A DNA stretch of 62,630 nucleotides, the filler included. It is 4 parts of 4 records of this genome, joined end to end, with 100 filler letters (N's around TTAATTAATTAA, not from the genome) between each part and the next. Parts side by side here need not be neighbours in the genome. Positions count along the whole stretch, not along the records: positions 1 to 30,259 come from SRR20825019_1743; positions 30,360 to 45,562 come from SRR20825019_1756; 2 more parts are not named here. The stretch is one strand, 5' to 3'. The notes beneath the pieces were generated by a model. It was not told where the DNA came from and did not search any database. It worked only from the letters and a program-made list of their open reading frames with translations. A program made the position numbers and the translations under genes. Shown one piece after another: positions 25,356 through 36,367 of the stretch (positions are counted from its first letter, which is position 1; the number at the start of each line of letters is the position of its first letter).

Positions 25356-27658
25356 ATGGAGGTTCTCACTGCGGCTTCAGTAGCCGAGAGACTACGCCTC
25401 TCACCGAGCACCGACCCCAATACAGTAACTCATATTGCCCTGCCGGGACATGGGAGGAAGGTAAGAATAGTAGCTGTCTAAATATCGACTTTGTCTCAGC
25501 GCACTTGAAGGTTACATATATCGGTGAAGCTCTGAATAAGTATCGCCGGGTGGAGTCTTTGGACCTTTCTAGAAATGCCATCGACTCGTTGGATGGTCTC
25601 GACGATCTTGTGTCAATCCGTAAGCTCAATTTGTATTACAATAGCATTTCTGCTATAAAGGTATATCATTTGGAGAAACCTTTGCGCTTTTGATTAATGA
25701 GTCAACTGAAGGAAATCGACAAACTTCGGAGTTTGCGAAACCTGGAGGAGCTGGACCTTAGGCTCAATCCGGTAACGCGAACTGACCCAAACTATAGGTT
25801 GTATGTTATTTCAGTTATTCCCTCTCTGGTCAGGTTGGATGAAAGGGACATTAGAGAAGGAGAGAGGAGAAGAGTATGTGGGTCTGCTTTCTCAGAGTTG
25901 TAAAGAACCAACGATATCGCAGGCGCAGGATACCTTCAACACAAGTAGAATTCCTCATCAAAACGTGGAGCCCGAGCGGGTGGCCCGGATATCTGGTGCA
26001 AGTATCAGTCCGGCATTGTCGTCACAGTCAAAACACAATCATGGTGTGTGTCTTGGATTGATCTTGGCGTGACTTTATAATGATCATGAGCAGAGGCGGC
26101 TGCGGAGATAGATCTGTTTGATGCCGATGATGTTGGGTCAGGCCTCCCGTCATCCCGGGATCCCTCACCAGACCCTGTTAGGCGCGACCTTGATACATGG
26201 AAGAGGCTGCACAAGGTCACAATCCTGTCATTCCTGAACATCATGCCACTGACCCTGCATGCCTGCACACAGATGGCGGACTCGAGCAAATCAACGACTC
26301 CGTCACTTCGGAGTAAATCGCCGTCCCTTCGCTCACATTCGCCCCATCGACCACCCGTTTCTGGTCGACCAGGTGCTTCCAAGATGGCGTCGGAACATGA
26401 GACGGAGGTGAGAGAGCACCATAGTTGTCTTCTGCGATGCTGAGATTAGACAGACGGAGGCATTGCTTCATGAGATTATGAGAGTGATGGGAATCTTCTC
26501 TACCCCTGAAGCGAAAGCGGTATGTATAGACGGGTCTCATGCTGCTGAGTCTATCCTGAAGGACCTTTAGGTTTGTGAGCAACTGGGAAAACAACTTGTG
26601 GAATGTGTGAGGAGACTTGAAAACGAGGTCGAAACGAATAGAGAGGATACACGGGCCGAGTTGGAGAGAATGAGAACGCTAAAACTCGAAACCAAAGACC
26701 AGCATCACGCGATGATGGAGGTGCGTACACATACCAGGAGATACCTCGCGGCTTCTGATGGGATGGCAGTCAAAGCGCAGCATGGAAGAATCTATGAAGA
26801 GCATGCAACAAGACTTGCAAGATGCACGTGCCGAAAACACCCAACTCCTGCAAGCTATAAAGGATCAAAATGAACGATATGACAGACTCGTGGAAGGTTT
26901 TGAAGGGCTCAAGGAATCCCACAGCATGCTTCGTGAAGCACATGGTGCATTGGTGGAGACAAATGCAGTTTTGCGAAACTCTTTGATTGAGGTATTATTC
27001 ATTTCACACGCTAGTGGAAATGGCTGATATTGCGCAGAGCGAAGATCAAAGGGGAAAGGAGAACGAATCCTGGCACAAAACGTTTGTGGGCATGAAACAA
27101 CACATCCAAGCGCTCGAGTCCCACGCCCTTGTGGCCCCAATGAGGTATGCACAGGTTGGATCATGCCGGGAGGCTTGCTGACAAATTTGGACAGAACTGG
27201 CGCTGACTATTCATTGGGGGACTACCAGTTAGAAAGGACGAAGGAAGATATTCCCGCGAACATGCGGACCTTGGCCAGCGAGATCAATGCTGATTCTGCG
27301 GTAAGAAACACCGTTTGTTTAATGCGTTAGGCAGGCTCTGATGTAACGGTAGGCCCTGGATTCTTCCCAGAATGGATGTGTGAGCCCCAATAAGGGAAGC
27401 TGCCACATTGGTGATATTCACAGTCACAATGACAGCGGAGATAACGTGAACCTCTCGGGGACAATATCTCCCATTGTGTCGCCCCAGCGGGGCAGGCTAG
27501 GTAGCTCGAGTGTTAACGCGAGCCCGCAGCACCTGCCTGACCCGAATGGATCGTCAAAATCTACACGGTCCACGCCACACTCCACTCCTGTCCCCAAGAC
27601 GCATATTGAAGGGGACCTGGGGACAACATCCCCGAGTCGCCGCCAACTACCACGGTGA
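25356..27658 (+). CDS. CEP72/LRRC36-like leucine-rich repeat centrosomal protein with C-terminal coiled coil, multi-exon
   Basis: LPGTWEE.KVTYIGEAL...SLDLSRNAIDSLDGL...LNLYYNSIS...LDLRLNPVTRTDPNYRLYVISVIPSLVRLDERDIREGERR closely matches the recalled CEP72 N-terminal LRR/LRRcap. Confidence 0.8.
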
Positions 27659-27734
27659 CATGATGAGTATTTAACGCCATGCGTCGTGCCAAAGTAAAGT
27701 GTCTACTAGAATACATTCGAGTCATCCGTCCTGA

Positions 27735-29364
27735 TTAGTTGATGGGACTTGTGCAGCGAATGCCCTTGCTATGGTGAACAACGTCGACGGCATTGACACC
27801 ACGCGGCGTGATACGGCCATTCGTGCTGCGTGGCGTATTGTGATTGGAATATAACGATTCAGTTTCTTTGATATCTTCCTCATCATCCATTCGCAAATAG
27901 TCTGCTTTCACAAACAGCAGTACGAAAATCCCGCTAGCTATTAGCGTTGCAAACCCAACATTGAAATAAAGCTGATCCCCGATTGTCAACGATATGACAC
28001 ACGAGAATGCATTCGCCTACAATACGCTCAGAATGGTGCATGTTGCACAAAACAGGGTTCTCACCGATATAATGAATGTTGTCGAGTATGTTGGTGACGC
28101 AGGAAAGCTCATCTGCGAAGCAAGTTCATAGGAAAGAGGATTCACCCCTCCGAAAAAGAAACCAGTGAGGGATCCAGCAAGAAAGACCTGGAATTTGGAT
28201 TCTGGCAGAATACCTCCATGAATCCAAAATGATGATGGGAGCAGCGCTGACCACCACATCATTGTCCCCAAAGCCGCTAGCAGTAAGATTAATATAGCGC
28301 CCTTGAACTTTCTCTGTAAACAATTGTCACCAGCCCACCCAAGCACTAGATTCCCCAATATGTATGCTAGCGTTGCAGAGAAGCCCATCCAACCACCCAC
28401 ATCTTGACTAAAGGTGGGGTACAAAAGTTCCACAAACATTCCTGTCCACCCAGTGAATACTCCCGCAAGGCCTCCTGTTACAAGACCAAGACTCAAAACT
28501 TGTGGATTCGATAGTATACTCCACCAGCCTGCATCAATAGCGTGAGTATCATCTGACTTCTTGGCGTCCTGATTCACTCTGTGTACGCAAGCGGAAAGCG
28601 TCGGGGGCAGTGGAGGCGCCGCCGGAAAGGCGAATACTACAAGTAGAAGTCCTGGAAGAGACATAAGAGTCTCAAGCACCATGAAATCCCGAAATCCAAA
28701 CGCATCGACGCCCAAAGGTCCAACAATGAACCCCACGGCTGCCCCAAGAGAGTTGGCAAGAGCAGCAATAGCAATAGAAATAGTCCTTTCCTCCTCGGGA
28801 AACCATATCTCTGAAAGCTTCGTTGTCAAAGACATAAATACTGGTCCAGACGCGCCATTTATGCACTGACAGAGGACAATCGTTGGGTGTGCCCAATTAT
28901 TATGAGGATACACAAGTGTGGGAAGCAGCCGAAGAACGCAAGACCCCACAGAGACGAAGGTTGCTATGACTGTTGCCATGCGAAACCCATACGTCTGTGC
29001 CAGCCACAGAGATACAGGGCAGCACAGCAAAAAGCATACTGTAGAGGAGCTTAACCACATATTGACCTCTCTATCTGTGACACTATAGAAGGCCTTTGCT
29101 GTTTCTGCAACTGAACTGTATGTGATCCATATCAGGCACTATTCACAAATATCAGTGGAGAGACAACAGTCATGCAGTTGGGCACAGTACCTGCTGGCAA
29201 GAGAGCCAAGAATATAGAAAAAGCACCCACCAACGTGTCCAATAAACCTTATAGCTATGCCGTGGGGTGAGAATCACACTTCCTCCATCGCTGCTGTAGT
29301 CAGTCTTGCTATCCAAGAGACCCTGGATCTCTTCGTCATCTTGTTCTGCACGACGTCGAGACAT
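27735..29364 (-). CDS. Major facilitator superfamily transporter, SLC49 (FLVCR/DIRC2)-like
   Basis: Multiple hydrophobic helices. Motifs YKVYWTRWWVLFLYS and KLSEIWFPEEERTISIAI...NSLGAAVGF...FPAAPPLPPT. Two introns. Confidence 0.85.
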
Positions 29365-29454
29365 GTGTTCACACTAATGAGAGAGCACGGGAAGCTCTCG
29401 TAGCCCGCTCTTGTTTCCTTAGGGACTCGTCTCTATATATATAGCAGAGATATG

Positions 29455-30259
29455 ACTGCCCGGTGGGCACTGGCCCCGCGGATCAGGCCAACTGTAGCCG
29501 GCTACGCAACATGATATGGCACCACAGTGCTCGGCTGGCCGGGTGACGCTGGCTCCCCGCGGTGTGCCTGCGACGCCAGCACCCCTAGGTCGCGCTGGAG
29601 GCCTGCGGTTGAACCGTGACAGCGTTCGCCCTCGGGGCGGCAGGCCGCCAGTCTCAGGCGCGCGCCCGCCTCAGCGCGGCCTCCGGAAGGTCACCCAGCA
29701 GTGGCCACCCGACGTCTCCCCGACAGGGCGGCCCCCTGGCCCCGACATCATTCTGGTGCTGAGCCCCGCCGCGGCGGCCCGGCCGCCTGTCGCCCCGCCC
29801 CTGTGACGCCGCCCGGCTGGGCGGGCGGGCCGGGACTGAACGCGGCGGGCCGGCGGCTGGCGGCGGGCCCAGTCCGGTCCGCCCGGAGCGGCGGCCGCTC
29901 GCGGCGGCGGGGCGCCCTGTCACGGTCGTGCCGGGGCGGCGCGGCGGCCCGGGGCCGCCGGCCGCGAGCCGCGACCGGCGGGCCGCCGACCCCGACCCCC
30001 CGGCCCACCCGGAAGTGCGGAGTCGGCGGCGTGCACTTCTTGTTTCGGGCCGGGGGCCGACCGACAGTATCATTCATTAGTGAACCGCCGTTTGAAACAA
30101 TATCCCCAAATGTTCCCCAAAAAGGATTATGTTGTCCGACACTACCTGAGCCAGTGAGTGCGATTTGTGGCAGGGCCTTCGGCCCCTCGGGCTCCTGCCG
30201 TAGTGGCGTCGGCGCTGAGTGGCACTCCTGCGGCGGCGCCCCCCCCCCCCCCCCCCCCC
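29455..30259. promoter_or_regulatory. GC-rich island upstream of MFS gene, ending in poly-C at contig end
   Basis: TATATATATA at 29434-29443 lies between the island and ATG 29364(-). Confidence 0.55.
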
Positions 30260-30359
30260 NNNNNNNNNNNNNNNNNNNNNNNNNNNNNNNNNNNNNNNNN
30301 NNNTTAATTAATTAANNNNNNNNNNNNNNNNNNNNNNNNNNNNNNNNNNNNNNNNNNNN
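30260..30359. other. Artificial contig-joining spacer
   Basis: 44 N + TTAATTAATTAA (stops in all six frames) + 44 N; identical to the other two spacers. Confidence 0.97.
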
Positions 30360-31273
30360 GGGGGGGGGGGGGGGGGGGGGGGAGTTGGGAGGAGCGGCGT
30401 CACGCGGACAGTAGAGGTGCCAGTTGAGTGCGGGAGGCGTGTAGGATCTAGTGCTGGCTTGCTCTCAGTAGCCCATACTCGCTTGCAGGCCTACTGAAGT
30501 GGCGCGCCATTTGAGGGCACTGTTGGCCTGCGCCAGAGGACTAGCACCTGCAGAGGAGTACCGCGGCCGTTGCGAGTGTGCGTTTGGGAATACTGGTGGG
30601 ACCACCATACGCCAGGATATTCGGAACTAAATGCGCCGTCTGGGCACCTTCACTGTTTGTAGTTCCGGCCGCCACCACTCTGAAAGCGACCTCAGGCGCC
30701 AAATTGACATGGGATCGACGGGCCTCGGTGATACTCCATTCCGAGGGATCGGGTCGTGGTCGGGGCCATCACTATGACAAACTCCGATGGGCCCCGACCA
30801 CCGACAACGACGCTTCACCGACAAGGCTGCATGCGGGGGTCCGGTCTCCACTTCTCAATTTTCGGTCATGTTTTCGAGGTGGATCGATCACCTGTTGCTC
30901 CAGCGTTTCGAGGAGGATGGTCGGACTTCAGGGCGCGTGACGGCTCGGGAGGCTGGGCCGAGCAGCCCAGTCCGGTCACGGGTGGGTGGGGAGAATGGCA
31001 CCACCCGCAAGTGCCAATGAAACGCTGCGACGTCTCTCCCACAGCGGGACCGATGCGCCGCGGCCCGGCCGGAGCGGGCTCCGTGAGCAGAGTGGCCGGG
31101 CCCTACGCGACTGACGCGACTAGGCCGATCCGACCCATCCCGGGCTGCAGGCTTCGCCCCCCTTTCTAGTGTCACCACCCGGCCAGCCGTCGCGGACCGA
31201 CTATCTCCTGGGCTCATGGAGGCCTTCCAGGTGGTTTGGCTGACGTTGCCGAAGATGCTTTCCAAAATCCGTC

Positions 31274-32308
31274 ATGCATAAAGACTGCAGGGCTAGCACG
31301 CATGTTGGCAAGGTATTTAAAGGCTCGCGCCTTTTTGTCGAGAAAATGAGTGGTGGACAATCTTGGGTGGCACTAGCACTTGAAATCCCTCCCGCAGTCT
31401 ACCTAGTGTTTTTCTTTGGGCTATTGTATCACATAGCCAAACACCCGAGAATGTTTTTAAAACGGTTTGGGCGAAGGCATAGACTCTCAGGAGCAGCGTA
31501 TTTGTGTTGGTTAATCGCTGGTTTCGTGGACGTGTACACAGTGGTCTATTTCCCTCCGCTTATATATGACATCATACTTGGTGGACTCGGCCTGACTTTG
31601 ACTCTAACCGCGGCTTTTGACTTCAAGTTTCATAAAAATGTAAAGAACAAGGCCTCCGGGGCCCTTGATCAAGATGCAACAATAACATATGACGAGATGA
31701 TAGAGCACTCTTTCTACCAGGGATTGAATTTGATGCAGGCGAGTTACTTGCACTGTTTTTGTGTCGACGGGGTAAAATCGAGCTTAGCAACAAGACTTCT
31801 CCTATTGAGTCTGGTCACCGCTCCATGGTTGGTGAGGGGATGGTTTCCTGTTAATCCATTTAGCGGGAACTACACCCGCGGTCAGGACCCTTCATCTATA
31901 GTATCAATTCTTTACCGGCTCAAGAAATACCAGTATCTTCTCTACAAACATGTGCTGCTTCACGGTTTGAATATAAGCGTTGCTCTATCTGCAGACAATA
32001 TTGCAGGCGAGCATTACTTTCGCGTATACTGGTTGTCGCTGAACGCTGCCTACGTTCTCGAATTCTTTTTGCAGACCATGGTGAAGCGGCGCTACATGAC
32101 GCAACAGACAATGCTTGTGATGAATCAGATGCTGATGGCTGTGAGCACTGTCGCGGTATATAGCCTAATCCAGCATGTCTATCTTTCGGTGGCTCTAGCG
32201 TCACTAGTGCTCAACATTGTCAATCGCGGGAATGAGATCACGAATGTCACAATGGTCAGCATCGCCACCTTCAGCGTTTCATACTGGCGGGGAGTAACTG
32301 AAATATAG
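31274..32308 (+). CDS. Intronless multi-pass membrane protein of unknown function
   Basis: 344-aa ORF (alternative start MSGGQ) with many hydrophobic segments and polar motifs EMIEHSFYQGLN, YKHVLLHGLN, EFFLQTMVKR. Preceded by a GC island at 30360-31230. Confidence 0.75.
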   Translation: MHKDCRASTHVGKVFKGSRLFVEKMSGGQSWVALALEIPPAVYLVFFFGLLYHIAKHPRMFLKRFGRRHRLSGAAYLCWLIAGFVDVYTVVYFPPLIYDIILGGLGLTLTLTAAFDFKFHKNVKNKASGALDQDATITYDEMIEHSFYQGLNLMQASYLHCFCVDGVKSSLATRLLLLSLVTAPWLVRGWFPVNPFSGNYTRGQDPSSIVSILYRLKKYQYLLYKHVLLHGLNISVALSADNIAGEHYFRVYWLSLNAAYVLEFFLQTMVKRRYMTQQTMLVMNQMLMAVSTVAVYSLIQHVYLSVALASLVLNIVNRGNEITNVTMVSIATFSVSYWRGVTEI

Positions 32309-32385
32309 GCAATATGCTGCGATGAGCAGAATATTCCGCAAATCCTCGTTTAAAATGGACTGCTGGGCATCAACAATGGAGGTGA

Positions 32386-34098
32386 TCAGAGCCTTGCCAC
32401 AGGTTTCGTTGGGTACACTGGCAGCTTCAATTCGTCTCCTTCGTCCAATGGAGCAAAGTACTTATCTACATCTGCCTCGGAGACAGCGGCAAGCGTGCTA
32501 TACATAAAGGAATCAGTTCTTCATGCGATAACGCGACCCAACATCCATACTCGGGGTTCCACTTTGGCTGATTGTCCTTGTCAACTAGGAGAGCACGCAC
32601 TCCTTCGAAGAAATCGTTGCCGCACATGAATCGCCACGCCATGCGCATCTCCATCTGGAGACACTCCTCCATAGATAACTTTGCACCCTCGCGGATCTGA
32701 CGGAAAGTGACCTACGCCCAAAGGTCAGAAACAATTATTCACTTCATACATAGCTTAGCTAAACACCTTCAGGGCGGTCGGCGAGACATTTTTAAGCTTC
32801 TTAAGCTGAGCTTGAGCAAATGCATTGTCAGGTTCGGCCTCCAGATTCTTAACAATCTCTTCAACGCTATCGCCAGCAAACAATCTACATGAACAAGTCA
32901 ATTGGAATTCCGCTGGAGACTTTCGGTATCGCACCTATTGATATCATCGACTGGATGGGACATCTTCTGGCCATCAACTGCAGGAAGCACACTCAATCTT
33001 CTCACAATTCAAAGCAATCCAAATGCTCACCATTCTCGAACTCCTTGATAGTTTCGCTGACGATATTAATGTCGGAGGTGCTAATTTCAGACAAACGAAC
33101 ATCGAGTTCATCAAGGCACGACGACGATACGTAATGGGTAGCAATGCCAGCGGCAAGCACATCGTATCCCTTCAAACGAGCTCCGGTCAGGGCTAAATAC
33201 ATTCCCATATTCCCTTGGAGCCTGGGGAGGAAATAACTCCCACCAACATCAGGGAAAAATCCAATTGCTGCTTAATGTGAGAAAACGCACACCGAAACAG
33301 TATGACACTACACACCTGTCTCAGGCATGGCGAACATAGTCCGCTCAGTAGCGACGCGAATGCTCCCGTGAACAGACAAACCAACACCACCACCCACTAC
33401 ACACAAGGTTAGGGAGTACCGCAATAGATTCGACGGGCACCAACTTGTAATGCCGTCGATAACGGCAACGTGGGGAATGGGCATCGAATGAATCATGTGG
33501 TTAAGAGTATACTCTTCTCCGAAGAACGCCTTCTTGTAGTCCACCTGTCGGTCAATTAGTCAAAAGTCTTATTTCAGTGACGCCCATACATACAGCATTG
33601 TTCTGGCAATTCTCATACAAAGAAACAACATCGCCGCCAGCGCAGAAAGCCTTCTCACCGGTTCCCCTCAATATGATGAGCTTCACATTCTCATGGTCCA
33701 TCCACTCCTACGCAAAAGTCAGAAGGTTGGCACAAAAACTTATTCTATAAACAGAACCTTGTAGAGGGGAGTAATCTCGCGGATCATGGACAAATTCAGT
33801 GAGTTGAGTGCTCTAGGCCGGTTCAAGGTAACACGACGAATGTTAGGGCGATTTTCAACAAGAACTTCGCGCTGCATGGTCGATAACGAAAGTGTAAATT
33901 ACGATTCCTATCCACAAAAGCATGAAGACCGACCTTCATATCAGGGTCCTTCGTAGTAGAAGCAAAAGTATTCTCCAGAACTGAGGCACTTCGCTGGCGG
34001 CAACGATCAGCCTAACCATCGTCACTATTCCAGGTACCTACCAAACTACGTGAGAATAACAGTGAAGAGGTAATCCTGCGTTGAGCCAGAGACAGCAT
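32386..34098 (-). CDS. HIBCH: 3-hydroxyisobutyryl-CoA hydrolase (crotonase fold), multi-exon
   Basis: Motifs [94 protein letters not shown]. Ends ...KPVARL-stop. Confidence 0.9.
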
Positions 34099-34219
34099 GG
34101 CGCCCTAAGACATTCAAAGGCACTACTTTGGTTTTTGATATATTCGCAAAGTCTCGTCTCTCTTGCCATGGGGAACTCTTGATTTCCAGGTTTCACAAGA
34201 AAACTGGAGTTGGACCAAG

Positions 34220-34710
34220 GAGTCGGGAGGGTCGACCGAGTGCATACTGGCTGGTCGCGACGGCATTGGAGAGCAGCCTCGCCCGCCGTGACGGCACGGG
34301 CCGCCCTGAGGGCTCCCTCCTCGACAGACAGCGGGGACGGCGTTGGCCAGCGGGGAAACAAACAAACGGCGTACTATCCCAGCGCACCCGGCAGCCGGGG
34401 TTGCCTTGTTAGAAAGGAAGAGCAGGGTGGGGCCCCAAAAATATTGACGGTCGAAGCCGCGAAATCCGTTGTCGAGGAGGGCTTCCGACAGTGACTACTG
34501 GGCATTGAGAGAGGGAATCTGGATAGTTTGGTGAACTAGCCCTAGGGTCCGCTTGACGGGCTAGGCGCTTGGCGGCGCAGTGGGGCGGGGTGCCCGATAA
34601 ATTCATTCAGTGCCCCGACCGGCCCAGCCCGGTGCCGCCGCGACCGGGACTCTACTCAACTAGCCCAGCCCTTATCTCTAGAGAACCACCCGCTCCCCTC
34701 TCCCCGAATA
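34220..34710. promoter_or_regulatory. GC-rich bidirectional promoter region (HIBCH / MPI)
   Basis: Lies between divergent starts 34098(-) and 34859(+). TATAAT at 34814. Confidence 0.5.
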
Positions 34711-34858
34711 TCCGTTGATGGGTCTTGTACAGCCGCCTGAAAAACTGAATGATTCTGCTCGACCCATCTTCGGCCCTATTCCATGGGTAAGGGCCAGGAA
34801 AGTGAACATAAACTATAATTAATCAACCCTGGGTGAGGTGTTCAAGAACAACTTCGCG

Positions 34859-36340
34859 ATGCAGAAGCTTGAGTGTGCTGTGCAGTCTTATGACTGGGGC
34901 ATTGTAGCGCCCAAGGGTTATGTCACCAAATGCAGCAAGCATCCTGAAGAGGTACGATACTGCGAGTGTGCTGAGTGATAAATACCAACGCACCGCTGTA
35001 GGGAAAGCCTTATGCGGAGCTTTGGATGGGGACGCATCCTTCGGGCCCCTCCAAGCTTCAGAGCGGTGAAAAGCTTTCAGAATGGCTTGAGAAACACCCA
35101 GAAGCTATGGGATCTTTGAGTGACAAGTCTCAGCTTCCTTTCCTTTTCAAGGTGAGTTGACAGGCGCAGGTGTTCCCGGAACTAAGATTTGTCAGGTTTT
35201 GTCGGCGTCAAAAGCCTTATCCATCCAGGCCCACCCGGACAAGAAGCTCGCCGAGCAGCTCCATGCAGCCAGGCCAGACGTGTACAAAGATGATAATCAC
35301 AAACCTGAGATGATAATTGCCCTTGGTGAATTTGAGGTGCGCTACCTTCTGCGATTCTTGCCATGAGTTGTGACCTAACCCCTGCAAATAGGCCATGTGT
35401 GGCTTCCGAGAGATCGGCGTTATTGCTTCGTTTATGAAGACCGTCCCAGAGCTCCGTGAGATTCTCTGTGAGAAGGGTCAGGCCGGAGCTGACTATGAGG
35501 CTGGGAAGTGTGCGAGCACTGAGGATGCTTTGCGGAGTCTCTTCACATGTTTTGTCATGTCAGACGAAGACTATGTTCGCTCAATGGTGGAAAAGATGGT
35601 GGCCCGCGTTTCGGCTATCCCTGAAGGCGAGCGATCTCTGGAAGACCGGCTCGGTAGGTTATTTTTGTTTAAGCTCATATGCCAAGCTGACGCGTCATTA
35701 GTTCTTCGCTTGAACTCGCAGTTCCCCAGTGATACTGGTATTTTCTGTGTGTTCTTCTTGAATGTGTTCCACCTCTCCCCAGGGGATGCTCTCTTCCTTG
35801 GTCCTAATATTCCACACTCGTACATTTCTGGCGATGGTATTGAGGTAAGAACTTTCGTTCTGATTTAACTAATTTTTCACATGCTTTATTAAGTGCATGG
35901 CCACCTCGGACAATGTGGTTCGTGCGGGCTTGACACCAAAGTTGAAAGACAAAGATACTCTGTGCTCTATGCTCATATACGATGACAAAAAGCCCATGGT
36001 TATGAAGGGTGATGCTGGCTCAGCACCAGGCCTGAAAGAGTACGTACCACCAGTCGATGCCTTCAGGGTAACATCCATCAAACTGGATAAGGTGAGCAAT
36101 TCTTGGTGAGGGATTACTGGTGTCCTGGGAAACCTCACACTAGCCATCCAGGGTGTTGAAAGCAAGTTGGTAGCCATCTCATACCCCAGTATCGTCGTTG
36201 TAACTGATGGAGCCATCAACATCAAAGACCAGGGGATCAATGCACCAGGTGATGTAATATTCATCCCAGCCAACACCGAAGTTTCCCTCGCTGGTGGAAA
36301 TGAAGGGGGGCTGGCTTTCCGTGCCACATGCAATATGTAA
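34859..36340 (+). CDS. MPI: Mannose-6-phosphate isomerase type I, multi-exon
   Basis: Motifs [83 protein letters not shown]. Confidence 0.93.
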
Positions 36341-36367
36341 ATGCCCGGATGTTTGCTGATAGGTGTA

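Noticed and set aside
30239-30382. Poly-C / poly-G tracts at contig ends (also 57248-57267) as telomeres or G4 elements
   Set aside because: They are ~20-nt homopolymers exactly at assembly breaks and cannot be told apart from assembly or library artefacts without reads.
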